Source: Aureliella sp.
GTDB lineage: Bacteria > Planctomycetota > Planctomycetia > Pirellulales > Pirellulaceae
Length of the DNA: 56,925 nt
NCBI GenBank assembly: GCA_051960375.1
Contig: JBQCEI010000648.1
Coordinates: 1 to 56,925 of the forward strand
Direction of reading: 5' to 3'
Shown: piece after piece, positions 50,199 through 56,925 of the stretch
How the letters are laid out: each line of letters opens with the position of its first letter
How positions within the stretch are numbered: position 1 is the first letter of the stretch
The notes under the pieces: generated by a model
The model's input: only the letters and a program-made list of their open reading frames with translations
What the model was told of the DNA's origin: nothing
The model's database searches: none
Translations under genes and position numbers: made by a program

Positions 50199-52126
50199 CT
50201 ATCCAGAGAATCCCCGACGATTTCCCCGAGGACCATCAGCTCCACCTTGCGGTTTTCCTTGAGGATTTCGAGCGTGCGCTCGTCGGTGGGCAGGTGGATC
50301 AGGTCGACGATCATCACGTCTTCATCCTGACCTGTGCGGTGTGTCCGGTCTTCGGACTGCGATCGGTACTCGGGCTTGTAGCTGTTGCTGTAGTAGACCG
50401 AGCACTTCGCCTCCGTCAGCGTCAGGCCGAATCCTCCCGTTTCAGGGTTCGCCACGAAACAGACCTTGGCGTTGTTTTCCAGATCCGCCCAGTAGTCCAG
50501 CGGCTTAACGTTGTGCAGGATCGTGCCATCGGCCTGGATGATGCGAGAGCCTCGCCCGTCGCACTTGAACACGTCCCAGCCGTTCTCCTGACAGATCCGG
50601 ACGCAACGGTCGACCGAGCCTTGAAAGCCTGCGAACAGGCACATGCGTCCGTAGACCTCGTTCTTTTCGAGGTACTCGATCACAGCGTCTTCCTTCGGAC
50701 ACGACACCTCGTGAGCCACGCGCGTCATGCGGGGTACTTCTTTCGTGCCCTGACACTGCGGGCACTCGACCTCGTGTTCCTGTAGGCTGGCGACAACCTC
50801 TGGCGAGAACATGTCGATCGCTTGGTAGGTGCGCTCGGGCTCGGCGGAGTTGTACCATTCCTTGATGGTCCCCTTGCCTTCACACGCACGGCAGCACTGC
50901 TTACCGTCTTCGACCTCTTTGTAGAGGAAGCCGTCCGACAGCTGACGCAATTGGTTCAGGCCCGTGACCGTGGTCGACGCCGTGTTGGCAATCGTCTTGG
51001 CGACTCGCAGCAGCTTGTTGCTCGGTTCAAGGTAGACTCGCTTGTAGATCTTCTTGGGCAGATCCAAGCAGTCGCGCTTGTGGACAACGGTCATCAGACC
51101 TTCCAACCGTTGGAACAGGTTGGCAACCTCGTTCTCGCACGGTTCGAACGCATGGTATTCGATCGGGTCTGGACAGGCCGCTAGGTCGTGCGGGCCGTCG
51201 TGCAGCGTCTGGCAGCACTTCTTGCAGAGGTCGTCACGATCCAGCCAGCCCAGACGGGTCATGTAGTGGTTGCCGAACTCGCCGGTGTCCGCTTTCTGCA
51301 GAACGGCGAGGCGTTGCTCGAGTGCTTTGTACGAGCCTTCACGCAGGAAGCCGGGATAGGCGATCTCAGCCTGGGCCCAGATGTCGCAAGGCGTCTTCGG
51401 AGACGGCGTACCGCTCATGAGGATCACGAAGGCGTCGTGCCCCATTGCAGCACGCATGCGATCGGCCAATTCCTGCGCGGCGCATGTGCGGTTGATGCCG
51501 GGCGTCTTCAGCTTGCTCGACTCGTCGAAGATCACGCCGCCGGGCAGCTCGAAGCCAGTGTCGAACAGCGAGATCAGGCGGTCGTAAGACATCATCTCGA
51601 CCTTGATGCTCGGGTCGAGATTCCACTTGCGGAATTCGCGTTCGATCGCAGGCAGGGTCGTGACCGGACCAACCCAGAACCAGTGCTTGTGCCCGGACTT
51701 CTCCATCGTCTCGATCGCAGTCAGCGTCTTACCGGTGCCCATCTCGGCGGCCAGGATGTGGAAGTGCCGGGTCAGCAGCGTGTTCGCCATCATCCGCTGG
51801 TGGGCCAGCAGCGGACGGTCGAAGTGGTGCTCGATCAGCGGGCGCTCGAACCACTCGTACACGTTCTCGCCTTCGAGCCAGCGGATCTGGAAGCGATTGC
51901 GTGGGCAGTCTTTGACCGACCATGCCTTGCGAGGGTTCTTATCTTCGTAGCCGAGCCACCGCGCGCCGGCCATCGCCTTGATGTCGTCCTTGAGCGCGAA
52001 CGGCGACTTGACGAATACGATGCGACCCTCGGAGAACTCCATTACGACCGGCAGCTTTTTGTATACGGCGGGTTTGGTCTCGACGATGAACTTAGTTTCG
52101 ATGGTGTTGATTTCAGCGGTGCTCAT
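50195..52126 (-). CDS. SNF2-family helicase/translocase
   Basis: EMGTGKT, FDES, MSGTP, GLTL, QSEDRTHRTGQ; TAATG overlap. Confidence 0.9.
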   Translation of the reverse strand: MSTAEINTIETKFIVETKPAVYKKLPVVMEFSEGRIVFVKSPFALKDDIKAMAGARWLGYEDKNPRKAWSVKDCPRNRFQIRWLEGENVYEWFERPLIEHHFDRPLLAHQRMMANTLLTRHFHILAAEMGTGKTLTAIETMEKSGHKHWFWVGPVTTLPAIEREFRKWNLDPSIKVEMMSYDRLISLFDTGFELPGGVIFDESSKLKTPGINRTCAAQELADRMRAAMGHDAFVILMSGTPSPKTPCDIWAQAEIAYPGFLREGSYKALEQRLAVLQKADTGEFGNHYMTRLGWLDRDDLCKKCCQTLHDGPHDLAACPDPIEYHAFEPCENEVANLFQRLEGLMTVVHKRDCLDLPKKIYKRVYLEPSNKLLRVAKTIANTASTTVTGLNQLRQLSDGFLYKEVEDGKQCCRACEGKGTIKEWYNSAEPERTYQAIDMFSPEVVASLQEHEVECPQCQGTKEVPRMTRVAHEVSCPKEDAVIEYLEKNEVYGRMCLFAGFQGSVDRCVRICQENGWDVFKCDGRGSRIIQADGTILHNVKPLDYWADLENNAKVCFVANPETGGFGLTLTEAKCSVYYSNSYKPEYRSQSEDRTHRTGQDEDVMIVDLIHLPTDERTLEILKENRKVELMVLGEIVGDSLDS

Positions 52127-52638
52127 TAGCGCTTGGCTTCGAGTTTGAGTTGACCGCCAATCGGCACTACCTCTCGATAGCCAGCCCACGCGGAGGCGTA
52201 GCCAGCAGAGATGAACGTCCGGTAGACGGTCTCGAAGATGGGTTGAGTGGTTGGCTGAAGGAGACCGCTGATAACTGCGTCTCTCCAATCGCCGAGGGTG
52301 CCGCTGAGAAAGGCGATCATTGCTCCGCGAGCTTTGGATGCGGGCGTGCCCAGGTAAGCCAGCTTGCCACCGGCCTGAAGCACATCGATCAGATCGATTT
52401 CGTCGCACACGAGCAGGCCGGCGAAGTGCAGATGCGTAGCGACCATCGGGTGCAGTGACACGGGATCCTGATCAATCAAGGCCGACAGGCACGTCGCAAA
52501 CTTCTTGTCATCCGTGAACGGCCGGTTGGAGCCGTCAGCGAACGCGGCCAACTTCTTCCCGGTCCCGTCGAAGGCCACCTTCAGCAACGTGTGGAAGTCG
52601 ACATGGGGTTTGCTTATGAGGTGGAATGCGAAAGCCAT
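52126..52638 (-). CDS. Phage hypothetical protein (faint ThyX-fold resemblance)
   Basis: SGTLGDWRDAV; coupled to SNF2. Confidence 0.6.
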   Translation of the reverse strand: MAFAFHLISKPHVDFHTLLKVAFDGTGKKLAAFADGSNRPFTDDKKFATCLSALIDQDPVSLHPMVATHLHFAGLLVCDEIDLIDVLQAGGKLAYLGTPASKARGAMIAFLSGTLGDWRDAVISGLLQPTTQPIFETVYRTFISAGYASAWAGYREVVPIGGQLKLEAKR

Positions 52639-52650
52639 GGTTGACTCGGG

Positions 52651-52691
52651 AGAAAAGAAAAGCCGCAGACAGAGATGCCTGCCTGCGGCTT
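52651..52691 (-). terminator. Intrinsic terminator after the SSB-like gene
   Basis: AAGCCGCAGGCAG-GCATCT-CTGTCTGCGGCTT-TTCTTTT. Confidence 0.75.
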
Positions 52692-52717
52692 CGGTGGAGC
52701 TTTCTGCAGCGAAGCGA

Positions 52718-53401
52718 CTATCGCTTGCGGCGACCGGCGACTTCTTCTTGGCTGACCTTCTCGCTCTCGTCTGCCTTCGGGTTCACGAACCGCTTCAGTT
52801 CCTTCTCCATCTGTTCAGCGGTGGGCAGGGCGGCCGGTGGATTGCTCGTCTCAGCAACGGTCGGTGCGTGCCACGAGTAGTTGCCCTTCTCGCACAGGCG
52901 GCTGCCGATCGTCACGACGCGAGCACCGTGGTCGGCGGTAGGCAAGAACGGGTACAGCTTGCCCGCTTCACCACGAGCCGTCTTGGTGCCAGCGAAATAC
53001 TCGACGAAGCGAGCGATCACCGGGATCCAGAACAGGAAACTGATGCCATACATGCAGCCGGAGTCCGGTTGCTCCGAGCGTGCCATGATGTCCTTGAACG
53101 TGTCGCTGTTCGGGTCGTAGTTGGTGACGATGTCGTCCTTGTCGCTCATGTCGAGCGCCTTTAGACGACGTGCCAACGGGATCACGTCGACCTTGTCGCC
53201 GAGGACGGTGATCTTGTCGTCACCTTCAGGGATGCCGTACTCGCCGGGGCCGATCAAGCGTTGGTTGATCGCCTTGCCTTTCGTGTAGAGCTGCAACCGA
53301 CCGAGGAAGTTGCCGCTGCGTGCCATGTCATTGAAGGCCGCATCATCGGCGACAACGGCGCTCGGAAGACTGACCTGCGGTACGGAAAGTTCGTTACTCA
53401 T
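52718..53401 (-). CDS. Phage protein, possibly ssDNA-binding
   Basis: Clear 227-aa ORF; function inferred only from context, aromatic beta-strand pattern (YSWHAP) and charged tail. Confidence 0.55.
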   Translation of the reverse strand: MSNELSVPQVSLPSAVVADDAAFNDMARSGNFLGRLQLYTKGKAINQRLIGPGEYGIPEGDDKITVLGDKVDVIPLARRLKALDMSDKDDIVTNYDPNSDTFKDIMARSEQPDSGCMYGISFLFWIPVIARFVEYFAGTKTARGEAGKLYPFLPTADHGARVVTIGSRLCEKGNYSWHAPTVAETSNPPAALPTAEQMEKELKRFVNPKADESEKVSQEEVAGRRKR

Positions 53402-53560
53402 CTGGAAACCAAAACCTCAAAGATGCGGAAATGTTGAAACTCGGTTAGGTGTGCTTGCGTCAGAGCTCAGATTGCGTGCTTGGGGTGGCCGGCCGGTCAC
53501 ATGATTAGGTCCTCATTGCGGTGGTTCCTTTGCTTTGTAGGTGCTCATGGCTGACACTCA

Positions 53561-53592
53561 GTAACCACCGCTCAATCCTTGAAGTGGCCTAG
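53561..53592 (-). promoter_or_regulatory. Phage 32-bp motif, copy 5
   Basis: CTAGGCCACTTCAAGGATTGAGCGGTGGTTAC; its TAG is the ParB-like gene's stop codon. Confidence 0.85.
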
Positions 53593-54461
53593 CTTTCTTC
53601 CAGTTTTGAAAAGGAATTCTGGACATTGCGCGCCCGGCGAGCTTCCAATGAACGAGGGTCGAGATTAAGGACCCACTGCAGCGCGAGGCGGAATGCGTCG
53701 AGCGTTGTCTTGGGCCGCTCACGCGTGAGAAGCAGTGCTGCTTGGCGTCTAGTCTTCAGCTCTGCTTTGACTTCTTTGATAGATCGCATGTAGGCGATTG
53801 GGTCTGCACTTATCGCGGCCAGACGTTCTTCTTCAATGCGTTGCTTGTTGTCGACCATCAGCTGCTTGACGATCTCGCCGACGAGCGTCCTGAACTCGTC
53901 TCTCTCCATCGCGATCGCTTGCGGGAGGTGACGGATCTGCATATGCCGAGGCAGCTTGGCTAGCTGATACGCATTCATCAGCGAGACCTCACCCCGGTCG
54001 ACCATCGGCTGGATCTTTTCATCCAGATCCAGCAGGCTCAGCTGTTGCTTTACCCAGAACGCAGACTTGGACACGAGGCGTGCCATCCGCGGAATCGTGA
54101 TGCCTGGGTACGCCTGCTGCACCCGCAGCAAGTGCTTCGCGTACTCGATCGTGGTCGTGTCGACGAAAATGGAGTTAGTCTGGATCTGCAGAGCCAACAC
54201 CTCTTCGTCTGTCAGGTCCTTGACGATCGCTGGTACATCGGGCAGCCCTGCGTCTCGGGTGGCTGTGAGCCGATACGCCCCGTCGACCAGCTGATACCCG
54301 CCGCCCTTGCGCGGGCGCACTAGAACGCTGTTGAGGATGCCGTGCTCCTTCACCGACCTCAGTAGTTCGGCGTACTTCGGCGAGTCCGTGCGGATATCGC
54401 GAAGCAAAAACGTCGGCATAGCGATAAGGTCTAACGGAATGTTCACACGGTGGTACTCCAT
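53589..54461 (-). CDS. ParB/Spo0J-like protein (degenerate CTPase motifs)
   Basis: SVKEHGILNSVLVRP, YQLVDGAYR, QTNSIF in place of ENxxR, HTH. Confidence 0.85.
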   Translation of the reverse strand: MEYHRVNIPLDLIAMPTFLLRDIRTDSPKYAELLRSVKEHGILNSVLVRPRKGGGYQLVDGAYRLTATRDAGLPDVPAIVKDLTDEEVLALQIQTNSIFVDTTTIEYAKHLLRVQQAYPGITIPRMARLVSKSAFWVKQQLSLLDLDEKIQPMVDRGEVSLMNAYQLAKLPRHMQIRHLPQAIAMERDEFRTLVGEIVKQLMVDNKQRIEEERLAAISADPIAYMRSIKEVKAELKTRRQAALLLTRERPKTTLDAFRLALQWVLNLDPRSLEARRARNVQNSFSKLEES

Positions 54462-54464
54462 GAA

Positions 54465-54496
54465 GTAACCACCGCTCGACACCGGAAGTAGCCTAG
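54465..54496 (-). promoter_or_regulatory. Phage 32-bp motif, copy 6
   Basis: CTAGGCTACTTCCGGTGTCGAGCGGTGGTTAC, 3 nt before ATG 54461. Confidence 0.85.
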
Positions 54497-54715
54497 AAAT
54501 TTTCGAAGAATCCGCGAGTTTTCGAGTGGTCGAATTATCGGCCGCTTACTTGCGCCCACGGCTACCGCAGTAACGACTCAATCCGTCTTTTTAAGATCAA
54601 AGTCTCCGACAACTAAGAAATTACTAACCGACATATAGGAGTAAGTCAGAGACGACTAATTCCACTCCGGAGCGAGTGATCGAGTTATCGATTTCTAGCC
54701 ACAACTAGAAAACTT

Positions 54716-54747
54716 CTAGGCCACTTATCGTGGTGGCCGGTGGTTAC
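54716..54747 (+). promoter_or_regulatory. Phage 32-bp motif, copy 7 (opposite orientation)
   Basis: CTAGGCCACTTATCGTGGTGGCCGGTGGTTAC upstream of the plus-strand primase-helicase. Confidence 0.85.
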
Positions 54748-54788
54748 TTGGTGGACGCATTTCGCACCAATGAACCACGAGGTAACCC

Positions 54789-56925
54789 ATGCTTCTAGCT
54801 TCACGTTCCATCGAGCTGTGGCTTCGATCACAGATCCGCGAGGGGAACAAGGGGCTGCTTGAGCGAATCATCGCAGGCGGCACTGATCTCGAACTGCAGG
54901 TGAATGTCTCGCCGCGCGGCGGGCAGCCTGTTCACGGCAAGGCCAACACGTATACCAACGGCAGCGTCGAGTGGTTCTCGTTCCGCATTCCGAAGGGCGC
55001 AGCGACCGAGCCCCACTGGAAAGACTTCCCGCTCCGTTACAACCTCAACGAGCATGTCGACGCGATCGGCTGCACTGGTTGGAACTGGCGGCGTAAGGTC
55101 AGCAAGTGGGTCGGCTTTGACTTCGACTCAATCGTGGGCCACGCCGCTGGCGTCGGTATTACGGATGACCAGCTTCGCACGATCCGTGATGCCGTGAGCA
55201 ACCTGCCATTTGTCGAGGTCCGCAAGTCGACCGGCGGCCTTGGGCTGCACCTCTATGTGTTGCTCGATGACATCCCTTGCAAGAACCACACAGAACACGC
55301 AGCGATCGGCCGATGCGTGCTCGCGAAAATTAGCGAGCAAGTGAACATGGACCTGCTCACGCACGTCGATGCGTGCGGCGGGAACATGTGGATCGCTTCT
55401 CGCCGAGCCACCGAAGAGAACGACGGATTCGGGTTGATCAAACCTTCGGAGACGACGTTCAAAGAGTTGCCGGCCAACTGGAAGGACCACGTCGCGGTTG
55501 TCAGCCGCTCGCGTCCCCGCGTGTCGATCAGCGGCGTGCGGCAGAGCGAAGAAGACATGTTCGTCGCTCTGACCAGCAGCAACCGCCGGGTGCCGCTCGA
55601 TGAGATGCACCTGAAGATCCGCGATGCCTTGGCTGCGAAGGGTTGTGCGGTTTGGGTGCAGGATCACTACCTGCTGCAAACGCACACGAAGCTGCTCGCC
55701 CAGTTGCATGAGGAGCTGGAACTGAACGGCGTCTTCGAGACCAACAGCCCGGGTAAGAATCTCAGCGAGCCGAACTGCTTCGGTTTCCCGCTGGAGAACG
55801 GCTGCTGGAAGTTCTACCGCTTCGGCCAAGGAACCGTCGAGCACAGGACTTGGACCCAAGACGGGAAGAGTTGGACCACTTGCTTCTACAATCGCGGCGC
55901 GACTCTGGAGGCGGCAGCGGCTAAGACCGGGGGAAAGTTATTAGCCAACAACGGATACGAGTACAAGACGCTGAAACAAGCAGTCGACGCCATCAACCTG
56001 TTGAATGGTGGTTCGATCACGATTGGCGCAGATGATCAAGAACTGCTTACGCGTAAGGCTACGCTGAATCGCACGAAAGACGGTCAGCTTCGTATCGACG
56101 TTGCGCGGACGAAGGATGACGGCGAGGACTTGGAAAACTGGACCAGCCAGAAGAAAGGCCACTGGTCGCAGATCATCCCTATCAACGCCGAGACATCCGA
56201 CAAAAAGATCCTCGACTACGACAACATCATCCGCTGCTTGGAGACTCCGTCGAACCGCGCAGCCGGCTGGGCTGTCGTCAAGCCGAATGGACAGTGGACG
56301 CACAAGGGGGCCAGCAGCATCAAGACAGTGTTGCAGGCCAAGGGACACGAAAAGCCAGAGGCTGAGTGTCTCATGGGTGCCGCTGAGATGAGCCCCTGGC
56401 GGCTGGTTTCCATCCCATTCGCCCCTGAGTATCCAGGCGACCGGCAATGGAACCTCAACGCTCCGCAGCTCCGGTACAAGCCGGCTGCTCCCGATGACGA
56501 CGACCACAACTCGCCACATCCGCACTGGGACCTCATCCTCGATCACGTCGGATCGTCGCTGAATGATTCGCTGGAGACTGAGGCGTGGGCCCAGGATGCC
56601 GGCGTCGTGACCGGAGCTGCTTACCTGAAGTGCTGGATGGCCAGTTTGATTCGCGATCCGTTCGGGCCGCTGCCTTACCTGTTTCTATTCGGGCCGGAGA
56701 ACTCCGGCAAGTCAATCTTGCACGAAGCGTTCTCGTTGCTCGTCACCGGCGGTGTCGTCAAGGCTGACCGCTCACTGACAAGTATGAACGAATTCAACGG
56801 CGAGCTCGAAGGCTGTGTCCTGGCGGTAGTTGAAGAAAAGAATATCGCCGCCACACCGGGCGCCCACAACCGCATCAAGGATCTGGTGACCAGTCCGACG
56901 ATCTCGATTCGACGCATGCGTAGCG
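54789..56925 (+). CDS. AEP-type primase fused to SF3/DUF5906-type helicase (3' truncated; not in ORF track)
   Basis: ATG after GAGG; hand translation shows VGFDFD, KSTGGLGLHLY, Walker A GPENSGKS (56691, in frame), Walker B LAVVEE. Confidence 0.88.
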   Translation, partial: MLLASRSIELWLRSQIREGNKGLLERIIAGGTDLELQVNVSPRGGQPVHGKANTYTNGSVEWFSFRIPKGAATEPHWKDFPLRYNLNEHVDAIGCTGWNWRRKVSKWVGFDFDSIVGHAAGVGITDDQLRTIRDAVSNLPFVEVRKSTGGLGLHLYVLLDDIPCKNHTEHAAIGRCVLAKISEQVNMDLLTHVDACGGNMWIASRRATEENDGFGLIKPSETTFKELPANWKDHVAVVSRSRPRVSISGVRQSEEDMFVALTSSNRRVPLDEMHLKIRDALAAKGCAVWVQDHYLLQTHTKLLAQLHEELELNGVFETNSPGKNLSEPNCFGFPLENGCWKFYRFGQGTVEHRTWTQDGKSWTTCFYNRGATLEAAAAKTGGKLLANNGYEYKTLKQAVDAINLLNGGSITIGADDQELLTRKATLNRTKDGQLRIDVARTKDDGEDLENWTSQKKGHWSQIIPINAETSDKKILDYDNIIRCLETPSNRAAGWAVVKPNGQWTHKGASSIKTVLQAKGHEKPEAECLMGAAEMSPWRLVSIPFAPEYPGDRQWNLNAPQLRYKPAAPDDDDHNSPHPHWDLILDHVGSSLNDSLETEAWAQDAGVVTGAAYLKCWMASLIRDPFGPLPYLFLFGPENSGKSILHEAFSLLVTGGVVKADRSLTSMNEFNGELEGCVLAVVEEKNIAATPGAHNRIKDLVTSPTISIRRMRS

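Larger units (their letters stand above)
36435..56925. mobile_element. Phage/prophage DNA replication and nucleotide-metabolism module (continues past window)
   Basis: Dense translationally coupled genes: PolA, primase-helicase, SNF2, ligase, nucleases, MTase, sigma factor; private repeated motif; no integrase or clear virion genes in the window. Confidence 0.9.

Noticed and set aside
45451-52129. Long plus-strand ORFs (45451-46305, 51188-52129)
   Set aside because: Antisense shadows of PolA and SNF2 in GC-rich DNA; no motifs
38190-54747. 32-bp motif as CRISPR repeats, REP/MITE or attC sites
   Set aside because: Copies are dispersed, mostly kilobases apart, have variable centres and follow gene sense; no cas, transposase or integron integrase
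55128-56546. Minus-strand ORFs 55128-55859 and 55941-56546
   Set aside because: Antisense to the primase-helicase

Overview
The window has three parts. (1) Bases 1-~517 are a very GC-rich piece carrying the 5' part of a polysaccharide-deacetylase-like gene with an actinobacterial-style leaderless start, abruptly joined to a 5'-truncated RND membrane-fusion gene; this is probably a chimeric junction. (2) Bases ~518-36,200 are a Planctomycete-like metal/ion-resistance island. It holds two convergent CusA/CzcA RND clusters with His-rich accessory proteins, a ZIP transporter, a Ser/Thr kinase, and a third RND-MFP-TolC cluster with MFS and two-component system. It also holds a fluoride module: two back-to-back fluoride riboswitches lead crcB-DUF190-EamA on the minus strand and a dynamin-like GTPase on the plus strand, facing an enolase + second dynamin-like GTPase operon. 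(3) Bases ~36,400-end are a phage replication/nucleotide-metabolism module: family A polymerase, AEP primase-SF3 helicase, SNF2 helicase, ATP-dependent ligase, nucleases, methyltransferase, two ParB-like proteins and its own sigma-70 factor. Seven copies of a fixed-length 32-bp bipartite motif (CTAGGCCAC-N13-CGGTGGTTAC) sit in sense orientation at gene boundaries, each with a downstream arm able to pair with the motif's 3' core. The strongest candidates for undescribed biology are the phage sigma/promoter-hairpin regulon and the fluoride-riboswitch-controlled dynamin pair. All family calls are by-eye motif recognition; no searches were run.
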